Below are positions 27,967 through 37,513 of a DNA stretch of 64,000 nucleotides, in pieces; the stretch's first letter is position 1; each line of letters starts with the position of its first letter. The notes under the pieces were generated by a model that saw nothing but the letters and a program-made list of their open reading frames with translations, made no database searches and was not told where the DNA came from. This DNA is from an uncultured Gemmatimonadaceae bacterium. GTDB lineage: Bacteria; Gemmatimonadota; Gemmatimonadetes; Gemmatimonadales; Gemmatimonadaceae. The DNA is taken from the NCBI GenBank assembly GCA_963740355.1, contig CAVUDW010000003.1:1920001-1984000 (forward strand), read 5' to 3'. A program made the position numbers and the translations under genes.

Positions 27967-28009
27967 ATTCTGGTTCACGGTCGGTTCAGCCAATTGAACG
28001 GAAAGGCTG
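27967..28009 (-). promoter_or_regulatory. Shared-motif promoter 4 (barrel-hydrolase operon)
   Basis: Minus strand CAGCCTTTCCGTTCAA-N21-CAGAAT. Confidence 0.6.
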
Positions 28010-28109
28010 ATCTTCGGATGCTGCCTAGGCTGGCCTTCGGGATGAGCACGCGAGCAGCGATCCTGCGTGGCGCGCACGCATGGATCACCTGTCTCGTTCG
28101 TTTCCCTCC

Positions 28110-28577
28110 CTACCGTGTCACCGCCATCAGGTTGCGCGCGAAGAACGCCCCGCCGCCGTCAGCGATCTGCGGGCCATAGATGAAGTTCATCTCCAGCGGA
28201 TAGCCGTACTTCGCATCGAACCGCACGGTGATGTCTTCGAGCTGCGTGTCGCGCTCTACCTCGAGCGTCGAGAAGAGGCGTTCGACCGTCGCGTACGATC
28301 CCCATCGATCTCGCGGCACGGCCTCACCCGTCTCGGTCTTCACGTCCGTCACCACACCATCGATGACGGTGAGCGTGTTCCATCGCGTGATTTCCACAGG
28401 GCAGAAGCAGCTCTGGCGGACGTCGTAGCGGTACGCGTTCCGGACCGGGCTGTTGTTCCAGCGTGCGCGTGCGCTGACCAACTCACGCTTCTCATGGCGC
28501 GAGAGTGGATCCTCTATGCCGCTGCAGGCGGTGAGTAGGAGTGTCAGCGCGGCGAGTGTTCGCGGAACACGATGCAC
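28110..28577 (-). CDS. Lipoprotein (DUF6174-like)
   Basis: Lipobox LTAC, ARARW, YRY...SCFC, TVERLF and FDAKYGYP. Confidence 0.75.
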   Translation of the reverse strand: MHRVPRTLAALTLLLTACSGIEDPLSRHEKRELVSARARWNNSPVRNAYRYDVRQSCFCPVEITRWNTLTVIDGVVTDVKTETGEAVPRDRWGSYATVERLFSTLEVERDTQLEDITVRFDAKYGYPLEMNFIYGPQIADGGGAFFARNLMAVTR

Positions 28578-28702
28578 GATGATCTCGGGCTGGAATTTGC
28601 CTTGGCGTGGCGATGGATGACGCGCGGCTCGGAGGAAGTACCATCGCGTCCGGACGCTGGTCACTCGTTTCGACTTTCATGCGCACGGCAAGCGATCCAT
28701 GA

Positions 28703-29112
28703 CCAAGGGGTCAGAGATCTTGATCGGCCGGCGACCAAGATCTCTGACCCCTTGATGTCTTTCCCGCGCACCGGAAGCAAAGCGCTGCCGAGCAAGCGAC
28801 CAAGATCTCTGACCCCTTGATGTCTTTCCCGCGCACCGGAAGCAAAGCGCTGCCGAGCAAGCGATCAAGATCTCTGACCCCTTGATGTCTTTCCCGCGCA
28901 CCGGAAGCAAAGCGCTGCCGAGCAAGCGATCAAGATCTCTGACCCCTTGATCGGGAGCTAAACCATTGGCAGGCATCAGGTTGATCGCAGAAAAACCCCG
29001 ATCAAGATCTCTGACCCCTTGATTGGCACCTAAACCATTGGCAGGCATCAGGTTGACCGCCGAAAAACCCCGATCAAGATCTCTGACCCCTTGATCGCTG
29101 ACCCCTTGATCG
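28703..29112. repeat. Array of a 25-nt hairpin-forming repeat (REP-like)
   Basis: CGA(T/C)CAAGATCTCTGACCCCTTGAT at 28732, 28797, 28862, 28927, 28999 and 29071. One inverted copy at about 28703-28726 and a partial copy at 29098. Periods 65, 65, 65, 72, 72. Confidence 0.95.
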
Positions 29113-29116
29113 GCGC

Positions 29117-30535
29117 CTACACCGCGTCCGACAAACTCGAGAAGTTGAAATCCTTCGCCTTCAACGACGGCATCACCCGACCCGCGCCCACCGGCTCGGC
29201 ACGACCGATCTCCTCGATCTTGCTCAGCATGAACAACGGACTCTCGTTCCAGCGGAAGTTCTTCACCGCCGCCGTGATCTTGCCGTTCTCGATCAGGAAG
29301 GTGCCATCGCGTGTGAGGCCGGTGAGCATCACCGTGCGCTGATCGAGGGGGCGGATGTAGAAGAAGTGCGTGACGAGGATGCCGCGCTTGGTGCTCGCAA
29401 TCAGCTCGGCCGTGGTCTGCGTGCCACCGACGAACTTCACCGCACCGCCGCCGAATCCACCGCCACCACCACCGCCCCCTCCTCCTCCGCCGCCACCAGT
29501 CGCAGCCTTGCCCTGCTTCTGGGCCCAGTAGCGATCGTACGAGAATTCCTTGAGGATGCCCTTCTCGATGTAGGTCACGCGACGCACCGGCGTGCCGTCC
29601 TGCGAGAAGGGCTGTGCGAGCAGGTCGGGATCGGCGGGATCGGAATACATCGTCACACGCTCATCCGCGATCTTCTCGCCAAGCTTGGTGCCGCCGCCTG
29701 GCTTGCTGTACGTGCCACGCCCTTCATCATTGGCGCGCGCGTTGAAGGTGCCGAACAGGCTGCCCATGATGTCGGAAACAGCGGCCGGCTCGAGCACCAC
29801 TGTGTACAAGCCCGGCTCGATCGCGCGCGGGTTGCGACTGGCCGCTGCCTTCGCCGATGCCGTGCGACCGAGCGCCGCGGCGTCGATCACACTCCAATCG
29901 CGTGCGCCTGCATTCGACCATCCAGATCCGGTGCCGTCCGGCGTCCGCGCCGTGATGCCAAGGTTCGCACCACTGCTGCGATGATAGGCGAACAACCCAC
30001 GACTGGTCGCAACCGCATTGGCTCCAGCATTCGCCTGCAGAAAGCCAGCGACGAAGATGTTCGCCCCCGGCCCACCCGCCGCCTCGGCCGCATCGATCGC
30101 ACTCTTCGTCGCTGCCGCACGCTTCTCGGGATCGAGACCGGCACTGGAATCGAAATAGCCGTTGACGGTGACGTAGTCCTGCGGGCCGAGTTCCGGCACC
30201 AGCTCAGGGTTTTCCGGGCTCAGTCGCGCCAGCGATTCCGCTGACTCCACCGTTCGCTTGAGGCTCGCGTCATCGAGGATGTTCGTCTCGGCGCTGGCCC
30301 GTCGGCGTCCTATGGTGGACGTCACCGTGATCGAGGTGTTGGTCGTGCCACCGCTGGTGGTGATCTCGTTGCCGGCGAAGCGTGTATTGCCATTCCAGCC
30401 GGTGGCGATGTTCACGCGCGTCTCATCGGCCTTCGCAAACGCCAGCACACGATCGGCCAGTGCCTTGGCCTGGTCACGCGTGAGGAATTCACCATCCAGC
30501 GGAGCCGCGAAGAGGGACTTGGGTTCTGACGACAT
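29117..30535 (-). CDS. tldE: TldE/PmbA-like subunit
   Basis: TRFAGNEIT, EPGLYTVVLEP, TGLTRDG and NFRWNES. No HExxxH. Coupled to the tldD stop. Confidence 0.8.
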   Translation of the reverse strand: MSSEPKSLFAAPLDGEFLTRDQAKALADRVLAFAKADETRVNIATGWNGNTRFAGNEITTSGGTTNTSITVTSTIGRRRASAETNILDDASLKRTVESAESLARLSPENPELVPELGPQDYVTVNGYFDSSAGLDPEKRAAATKSAIDAAEAAGGPGANIFVAGFLQANAGANAVATSRGLFAYHRSSGANLGITARTPDGTGSGWSNAGARDWSVIDAAALGRTASAKAAASRNPRAIEPGLYTVVLEPAAVSDIMGSLFGTFNARANDEGRGTYSKPGGGTKLGEKIADERVTMYSDPADPDLLAQPFSQDGTPVRRVTYIEKGILKEFSYDRYWAQKQGKAATGGGGGGGGGGGGGGFGGGAVKFVGGTQTTAELIASTKRGILVTHFFYIRPLDQRTVMLTGLTRDGTFLIENGKITAAVKNFRWNESPLFMLSKIEEIGRAEPVGAGRVMPSLKAKDFNFSSLSDAV

Positions 30536-32121
30536 TATGCCTCCCTCCCGGTGTTGACGACGTTGACGTTGCGGAAGCGCGCCGGCGGACAGCCGTGGCT
30601 CACGGAGTTCGACTGCGAAGGCTGTCCCTTGCCGTCCCCGAACGATCCACCCAGCAGGTAGGAGTCCTTGCCGCCGATCATGTCCATCGAATTCCAGAAG
30701 ACCGGCGTCGTGGACTGATACGCGACGTCCTTCAGCATGCCGGTGATCTTGCCGCCGCGCACTTCGTAATACGCCTGACCCGAGAACTGGAAGTTGTAGC
30801 GCTGGTGATCGATCGACCACGAGCCGCGATTCTTGATGATGATGCCGCGATCAGTGGCCGCGATGATGTCGTTCATCGTCGTGTTCTGCTCACTCGGCAT
30901 CAGCGAGATGTTGGGCATGCGCTGGAACTGCACCGAGTCCCACGAGTCGGCGAACGAGCAGCCGTGTGACTTGGTGACGCCGGTCAGCTTGCTGATCGAT
31001 GCCGCCTGTTCACGCGTCGTCTGGTAATCCTTGAAGATGCCCTTGTCGACGATCTTCCACGAATCGGCCGCGACTCCTTCATCATCCCAGGCACAGCGAG
31101 CCAGCGAGCCTTCCTGCGTACGATCGCCCTGGATGTTCATCAGCGGACGGCCGTACTTCAGCTTGCCGATCTGTGCTTCCGGCGGCGCGATGAAGGACGT
31201 GCCCGCGAAGTTCGCCTCGTAGCCCAGCGCACGATCGAGTTCGGTCGGATGTCCGATCGATTCGTGAATCGTGAGCCAGAGATTCTCCGGCGTGATGATC
31301 AGGTCATAGCGTCCTGGTTCCACCGAGCGCGCTCCAAGCTTCTCGACCGCCAGCGCGGCCCACTTGGCGGCGTTGCCCGGCATGTTGAGCGACTCGACGT
31401 ATTCCCAGCCCTGACCGCGCGGTGCGAGTTCTTCGCCGTACTGCTGAAAGCCGCCGTTTCCGACGGCCGTGGCCGAGAACGACGGGCCGACGCGAATGAA
31501 GGTCTGGGTCGTCTGCGTGCCTTCGGAGTTGGCGTACTGCTTGATCTCGCGCAGTAGCTGCAGCCCTGAGTTCACGAAGCGAATGCCCGGCACCTTGAGC
31601 GCGGCATCGTTGGCCGCGAACAACATCGCGACCTTGTCTTCGAGCGAGACCTCGAGTGGATCACGTACGACAGGCGTCGCCCAGGTGCCCTTCACGACCG
31701 GCGTCGGCGCCAGTTCGACCTTGCGCTTCTGCACCGAGCCGGCCGCACGCGATAGTCGCGCCGCCTCGCGCGCCACTTTCACCACACCGTCGGTCGTCAT
31801 GTTGCTGGTGGCCGCGAAGCCCCAGGCACCGTTGACGATCGTGCGGATGCCCATGCCGTAGGACTCCGAGTCCGAAACACCGGTGATCTGCCGTTCGCGG
31901 GTGTTGATGTTCTGGCTGCGATAACGGCCGATGCGAACGTCGGCGTAGGTGGCGCCGGCCGCCTTCGCGGCGCCGAGTGCGGCGGCGATCAGCTCGTCCG
32001 ATTCGGCCTCGATCCATCGCGAAGGGAGGCGTCCGGAAGCGATCGCGCTCCCGGGAGTGGCGATGACGAGCGCGGTGGCAGCGGCGCTGGTCTTGAGGAA
32101 GTCGCGTCGGTTGTACGGCAT
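30535..32121 (-). CDS. tldD: TldD metalloprotease subunit with Tat signal
   Basis: NRRDFLK, GAWGFA, HESIGH, DDEG, QRMPN and HGCP. Confidence 0.9.
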   Translation of the reverse strand: MPYNRRDFLKTSAAATALVIATPGSAIASGRLPSRWIEAESDELIAAALGAAKAAGATYADVRIGRYRSQNINTRERQITGVSDSESYGMGIRTIVNGAWGFAATSNMTTDGVVKVAREAARLSRAAGSVQKRKVELAPTPVVKGTWATPVVRDPLEVSLEDKVAMLFAANDAALKVPGIRFVNSGLQLLREIKQYANSEGTQTTQTFIRVGPSFSATAVGNGGFQQYGEELAPRGQGWEYVESLNMPGNAAKWAALAVEKLGARSVEPGRYDLIITPENLWLTIHESIGHPTELDRALGYEANFAGTSFIAPPEAQIGKLKYGRPLMNIQGDRTQEGSLARCAWDDEGVAADSWKIVDKGIFKDYQTTREQAASISKLTGVTKSHGCSFADSWDSVQFQRMPNISLMPSEQNTTMNDIIAATDRGIIIKNRGSWSIDHQRYNFQFSGQAYYEVRGGKITGMLKDVAYQSTTPVFWNSMDMIGGKDSYLLGGSFGDGKGQPSQSNSVSHGCPPARFRNVNVVNTGREA

Positions 32122-32343
32122 GGAGCCTCGGTGGAATCGTGCGCGGCGGGAAGACTGGCTGTTGAGACTACTCGCCTGACGCGGGTTTTGTTGGCGGCGC
32201 GGCTTGTCTGCCCTTCAGTATCCCGAACAGTCGCTCGCGGGAGGCGCCACACGGCCTTGTAAGGTAGATTTTCGGGTTGCCCTTGCTCGCCGGCGTGACG
32301 GATTGACACGCCCCCCAGCACCCATCCTGCCCAACGCGCGATC

Positions 32344-35300
32344 GTGATTCCGAATTCGTTGTCCCGGCATTTCAGTGCCGCCATTCGCAGTCGTGGCGAG
32401 GCCTATTTTGCCGCTGGGAAAGTTCGCATCGACCTCGTCACGCCGGTGCAGGTGCAGGCGGTCGTGCACGGATCGATGGACTACAATGTCAAGATCGCGG
32501 CGCATGACACGGTGCTGGACATCTCGTGCACCTGTCCCTTCGCGATCGATACGGGCTCGTGCAAGCATCTCTGGGCCGTCATCCTGCAGTGCAACGCCGA
32601 AGGCACGCTGCGTCAGCTGCTCGGCGAAACCGGGATGCGCAATCCGGCACGCATCGGCGGGTACTCCATGCCACAGCCGGTCGCGCCAGCGAAGCTCGAC
32701 TGGGTGCGCGTGATCGAGCAGGCGCATGTTCAGATGAAGTCGCGCGCGCCCGCACCATCGTTGTTGAAGGCGCCGGATGTCTGGCCCGAGAATCGCCGGC
32801 TGGTCTACATCCTCGATGCCGACGAGACCTCGATCACCGGCGACATCATGATCGACCTTGGCACCGAGTTGCGTGCGGCAAACGGCACCTGGGGTGAGGC
32901 GAAACGTTTCTCGCTCAAACCCGAGTTGTGGTTTGCTTCACCTGAGCCGATCGACCGACAGATTGCCGAGATGTTGTGCGGATCGTCGGCGTCGCAGTTC
33001 TATCAGCGACAGCAGACGACGGGATTTTCGATTGGGGCCTCGGCGTTCGAAACGACGTTGCGCTTCATCCTCGACACGGGCCGGTGCCGGTTGCGGAGCC
33101 GGTTGCCCAGCTTGACGGGGCGCACCATGCGATTCGACGCTGGCGCGGCGTGGACGTTTCGTGTCCGCGTGTCGCGTGACGCAAGTGACAAGCAGGTACT
33201 GTCCGGCGTGCTGGTCCGGAATGATGAGGAGATGCTGGTCAGCAAGCCGTTCATCCTCTCTGCCGAAGGCTTCCTGATCGTCAACGACACGGTCGCGCGC
33301 TTCGAGCACTCGGGCGCCTTTCCGCTGGTGATGGAATTGCGCGAGCACGGCCCGACCCTCCCCGCGCCGGAAGACATCTCGGAGATTCTCACGCGCCTCT
33401 ATGCGCTCCCCCGTGTTCCCGAGCTCGAGCTACCGGGTGCGACGTCGGTGATCGAATCGCGGGTCAACCCACAGGTGACCGCCACCATCAGCAGCCGTAC
33501 GACCGGGTGGGCCGGCATACAGTCGTTCGTGTTGGACTACGAATTCCGTTACGGTGCCTTGCACAGTCAGCCGGCGGCATCGGCTCTCTCGCTGTTCGAC
33601 AAGACGGGCGGCGTGTTGCATCACCGGCAGGTCGCGTTCGAGCAGGCCTGTCGTTCGCGGCTGCTCGCGCTGGGCGCGAAGGAAGAGTTCGACTTCAACC
33701 TCCGGCGCGAAGTGTTGCTGGTCAAGCGCGCGAAGCTGGGTCTGCTCACGCGGACCCTGATGCGCGAAGGGTGGCAGGTGAACGTCGAAGGGATCAAGTA
33801 TCGATCACCGGGCGCGATCACCGCATCGGTCAGTTCAGGAATCGACTGGTTCGATCTCAGGGGCACAGTGCAATATGGCGATGTCGAGGTCCCGATATCC
33901 GCGATTCTCGATGCGCACCGACGAGGCGACGAGTTCGTGCAGGTCGATGAATTTTCGCTGGGTACGCTCCCCACGGATTGGCTCGATCGACTCGGACCAC
34001 TGATCGCAGCGGGCAGCAGTATCGATGGCAACACGCGCTACCGTCGCGCGCAGCTGTCGGTGCTCGACGCACTGCTGGCGACGCTCCCGGAAGCAGATCT
34101 CGACGAGACTTTCGAAACCGCGCGCGCAGAACTGGACACATTCGCGACCGTGGCGGCGATAGATCCCCCGTCCACCTTCAGCGGCACACTGCGCGAGTAT
34201 CAGCGCGAAGGCCTCGGCTGGCTCCACTTCCTCCGACGCTTTGGCCTGGGCGGGTGCCTGGCTGATGACATGGGGCTCGGCAAGACGGTGCAGGTGCTCG
34301 CGCTGCTCGAAGGGCGACGGCTGGATGGTCATGGCCCGTCGCTGGTGGTGGTGCCGCGATCACTGGTGTTCAACTGGATTCGCGAAGCCGCGCGGTTCAC
34401 GCCGGCGATGCGCGTGCTCGACTTCAGCGGCACCAATCGGACCCTCGCGTCGATTCATCCCTCGCAGGTCGACCTGGTCGTCACCACCTACGGCAACCTG
34501 CGCCGCGACGCGCCCTTGCTGGCCGAGATCGAGTTCGACTACGCCGTGCTCGACGAAGCGCAGGCGATCAAGAATCCGTCCACCGCGACCGCCAAGGCGA
34601 GTCGGTTGCTGCGCGCGAAGCATCGACTGGCGATGAGCGGAACGCCGATCGAAAACCGGATCGAGGAACTCTGGAGCCTGCTCGAATTCCTCAATCCCGG
34701 CATGCTCGGCGCGTCGACGAAGTTCGCGACACTGGCACGGCTTTCGTCAATGAGCGATGCTGATGTCAGTGACGTCGGGGATATCGGCGATGGAAGTGAC
34801 GTCGCCATCAACGAGAGCGATGATCGCGAGGATGAAGGATTTACGCTGCTCTCTCGGGCGCTTCGGCCGGTGATCCTTCGTCGCACCAAGGAGCACGTCG
34901 CGCCCGAGTTGCCGGTGCGCATCGAGCAGACGATCGAAGTCGAACTCGAGCCGAAGCAGCGCAAGTTCTACGAGGAGATCCGGCGCCGCGTGCAGCAGGA
35001 TGTGATGGCGCGCGTGGAGCAGGATGGGATCCAGAAATCCCAGCTGCACATTCTCGAGGCGTTGCTGCGATTGCGGCAGGCGGCCTGTCACCCGGCATTG
35101 GTAGACCCGTCGAAGGTGACGCTGCCGAGTGCGAAGCTCGACGCGCTGGTGCCCGCGCTGGCTTCGATCAGTGCCGAGGGGCACAAGACGCTCGTGTTCT
35201 CGCAGTTCACATCATTTCTGGCACTGGTGCGCGAGCGTCTCGATGAGAGCGGCATTCGGTACGAATACCTCGATGGGCGCACGCGCGACCGTCAGGAACG

Positions 35301-35634
35301 TGTCGACCGATTCCAGGAGGACGCCGGCTGTCCGGTGTTCCTGATCAGCCTCAAGGCGGGCGGGCATGGGCTCAACCTGACGGCGGCGGACTACGTGTAC
35401 CTGCTCGATCCGTGGTGGAATCCTGCCGTCGAGGCCCAAGCGATCGATCGTGCACATCGCATCGGGCAGACACGCCGCGTGATCGCAACGCGACTGGTGG
35501 CGCGCGACACCATCGAGGCGAAGATCCTGCAGCTGCAGTCTACCAAGCGCGCGTTGGCTGACGCGGTGTTGACGGCGGACAAGGGCGGGCTGGCGTCGAT
35601 TGGGCGGAGCGAACTGGAGTTGCTGCTTGGATAG
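32344..35634 (+). CDS. SWIM zinc finger plus SNF2-family helicase
   Basis: CTCP...CKH, LADDMGLGKT, LDEAQ, SGTPIEN, FSQFT and QAIDRAHRIGQ. Confidence 0.95.
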   Translation: MIPNSLSRHFSAAIRSRGEAYFAAGKVRIDLVTPVQVQAVVHGSMDYNVKIAAHDTVLDISCTCPFAIDTGSCKHLWAVILQCNAEGTLRQLLGETGMRNPARIGGYSMPQPVAPAKLDWVRVIEQAHVQMKSRAPAPSLLKAPDVWPENRRLVYILDADETSITGDIMIDLGTELRAANGTWGEAKRFSLKPELWFASPEPIDRQIAEMLCGSSASQFYQRQQTTGFSIGASAFETTLRFILDTGRCRLRSRLPSLTGRTMRFDAGAAWTFRVRVSRDASDKQVLSGVLVRNDEEMLVSKPFILSAEGFLIVNDTVARFEHSGAFPLVMELREHGPTLPAPEDISEILTRLYALPRVPELELPGATSVIESRVNPQVTATISSRTTGWAGIQSFVLDYEFRYGALHSQPAASALSLFDKTGGVLHHRQVAFEQACRSRLLALGAKEEFDFNLRREVLLVKRAKLGLLTRTLMREGWQVNVEGIKYRSPGAITASVSSGIDWFDLRGTVQYGDVEVPISAILDAHRRGDEFVQVDEFSLGTLPTDWLDRLGPLIAAGSSIDGNTRYRRAQLSVLDALLATLPEADLDETFETARAELDTFATVAAIDPPSTFSGTLREYQREGLGWLHFLRRFGLGGCLADDMGLGKTVQVLALLEGRRLDGHGPSLVVVPRSLVFNWIREAARFTPAMRVLDFSGTNRTLASIHPSQVDLVVTTYGNLRRDAPLLAEIEFDYAVLDEAQAIKNPSTATAKASRLLRAKHRLAMSGTPIENRIEELWSLLEFLNPGMLGASTKFATLARLSSMSDADVSDVGDIGDGSDVAINESDDREDEGFTLLSRALRPVILRRTKEHVAPELPVRIEQTIEVELEPKQRKFYEEIRRRVQQDVMARVEQDGIQKSQLHILEALLRLRQAACHPALVDPSKVTLPSAKLDALVPALASISAEGHKTLVFSQFTSFLALVRERLDESGIRYEYLDGRTRDRQERVDRFQEDAGCPVFLISLKAGGHGLNLTAADYVYLLDPWWNPAVEAQAIDRAHRIGQTRRVIATRLVARDTIEAKILQLQSTKRALADAVLTADKGGLASIGRSELELLLG

Positions 35635-35701
35635 TTGGCCTCGGCGCTCGTTAACTAGGCCGCACCGCCGATCCACCCCGGCACGTTCGGTCGAGGGTGA
35701 C

Positions 35702-36148
35702 TCAATACCTCCGCACCACCAACACCCCCAGTATCACCAGCACCATCCCCCCAATCCGCCCCGCCGACACCGGGTGCTGCGGTATGCCGAAGACACCGTA
35801 ATGATCGAGCACCAGCGCCGTGACCAGCTGACTGGCGATGGCCAGTGACAACATCGTGGCGACACCGAGCCGCGGCGCGGCGTAGGCGGCGGCACTGACG
35901 AACACGGCGCCGCACAGTCCTCCGATCCAGCAGTACCACGGCAATCCTCGCGTGGCCGCGCCATCCGGCGCGTTACGCTGGGCCAACGCGACCACCATCA
36001 GCGCCGCCGTCCCCACCAGAAACGAGATCAGCGCGGCGTTGATCGGCGAACCCACCGCCTTGCCGAGTTGGGCGTTGAGCGGCGACTGGATGGAGAGCAA
36101 CGCGCCACCGAGCAGGATGATGGCGGTGGAGTAGTACAGTGACTGCAT
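35702..36148 (-). CDS. DMT family transporter (YdcZ-like)
   Basis: QSPLNAQL, PWYCWIGG and LDHYG. About five TM helices. Confidence 0.85.
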   Translation of the reverse strand: MQSLYYSTAIILLGGALLSIQSPLNAQLGKAVGSPINAALISFLVGTAALMVVALAQRNAPDGAATRGLPWYCWIGGLCGAVFVSAAAYAAPRLGVATMLSLAIASQLVTALVLDHYGVFGIPQHPVSAGRIGGMVLVILGVLVVRRY

Positions 36149-36250
36149 GGCGGATTCTCGTCGGGGCGCACGGGACATCGGTCGTCTCGGCAGGATAACC
36201 GTCGGCACAATGCCGCGGCAGCGAAACCGCAGGCTATTCTGTTCATCGAA

Positions 36251-37453
36251 ATGACGACCACAGACGCCTCCCGTACGACGCGCCTCACCTCCGTCGACGC
36301 CCTCCGCGGCGCCGTGATGGTGATCATGGCCCTCGACCATGTCCGCGACTTCATCCATCGCGGCGCGATGACGGGATCGCCAACCGACCTCACGACGACC
36401 ACCGCGGCGCTCTTCTTTACGCGCTGGATCACGCACTTCTGCGCGCCGGCCTTCCTGTTCACCGCCGGCCTCGGCGCAGCGCTCTACCGCCAGAAGGGTG
36501 GCACACGCGAACAGTTGACGAGGTTCCTGCTGACTCGAGGCATCTGGTTGATGCTGCTGGAAGTCACCGTGATGCGTGTGCTCTACAATTTCACGCTTTC
36601 AATGCAGTACCCATTGCTGTTGCTCGTGTTGTGGGTGCTGGGCCTGTCGATGATCGGCCTCGCGTTATTGCACCGAATTCCGGTGCGCGTGCTGGCGGTG
36701 CTCAGCCTGGGCGCGATCATGCTGCACAACCTGCTCGATGGGGTGCAGGCGTCGGAGTTGGGTGCTGCGGCACCACTCTGGAACCTGCTCCATCAGGTCG
36801 GCGCATTTCCGCTCGGCCCAGCCGTGGCGGTGGTCGGCTATCCGCTGATCCCCTGGATCGCAGTGATGTCACTCGGCTACTGCTGCGGTGCGCTGTTCCA
36901 GATGGACGCAACGGCGCGGCAACGGCTGCTGATCCAGCTCGGCGTGTGCGCGACGCTGGCCTTCGTGGTGCTCCGCGCGATCAACAGCTACGGCGATCCG
37001 GCGCCGTGGGCGACACAGACGTCGCCGCTCTTCACGTTGCTGTCGTTCCTCAACACCACCAAGTACCCGCCATCACTCGCCTTCCTGCTGATGACGCTCG
37101 GCCCTACGCTGATCGCGCTGGCGTGGCTGGAGCGACGACAGCTGGCGCCCGAGAATCCCCTGGTCGTCTTCGGACGCGTGCCGCTCTTCTACTTCGTGGG
37201 GCACTTCTTTCTCGCGCACTTGGCCGCCGTTGTTCTGGCCGCAGTGCGCTATGGCGCCGCATCCGCCGCCTTCCGGTTCCGACCCGTGCCATCGATGGGC
37301 GGTGAGAAGGCGCTCTATCCGCCAGACTTCGGCTACGAGCTCTGGGTGGTGTACGCCGTCTGGATCGCGGTGGTGCTGGTGATGTATCCCGCCTGCCGAT
37401 GGTTCGGTCGGGTCAAGGCGACTCGCACGGAGTGGTGGCTGCGGTACCTCTGA
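36251..37453 (+). CDS. DUF1624/HGSNAT-like multipass membrane acyltransferase
   Basis: DALRGAVMVIMALDH, RWITHFCAP and KYPPSL. Confidence 0.85.
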   Translation: MTTTDASRTTRLTSVDALRGAVMVIMALDHVRDFIHRGAMTGSPTDLTTTTAALFFTRWITHFCAPAFLFTAGLGAALYRQKGGTREQLTRFLLTRGIWLMLLEVTVMRVLYNFTLSMQYPLLLLVLWVLGLSMIGLALLHRIPVRVLAVLSLGAIMLHNLLDGVQASELGAAAPLWNLLHQVGAFPLGPAVAVVGYPLIPWIAVMSLGYCCGALFQMDATARQRLLIQLGVCATLAFVVLRAINSYGDPAPWATQTSPLFTLLSFLNTTKYPPSLAFLLMTLGPTLIALAWLERRQLAPENPLVVFGRVPLFYFVGHFFLAHLAAVVLAAVRYGAASAAFRFRPVPSMGGEKALYPPDFGYELWVVYAVWIAVVLVMYPACRWFGRVKATRTEWWLRYL

Positions 37454-37513
37454 TCGTCGCTGCCGTGTGCGGCCGCACGACGGCGTGATACATGGCGGAG
37501 GCGCATCGCGACA

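Noticed and set aside
28677..29048. 123-aa repetitive ORF as a RiPP precursor or TldDE substrate
   Set aside because: It is a translation of the DNA repeat. The 65-nt period is not a multiple of three, so the peptide repeat is not preserved.
28732..29095. CRISPR array
   Set aside because: Repeat and spacer lengths fit, but the spacers are duplicated (three identical, two near-identical), one repeat is inverted, and no cas genes or AT-rich leader are present.
34745..34840. Acidic low-complexity insertion in the SNF2 helicase considered as an intein remnant
   Set aside because: It is about 30 aa with no intein splice motifs, and is probably a variable loop.
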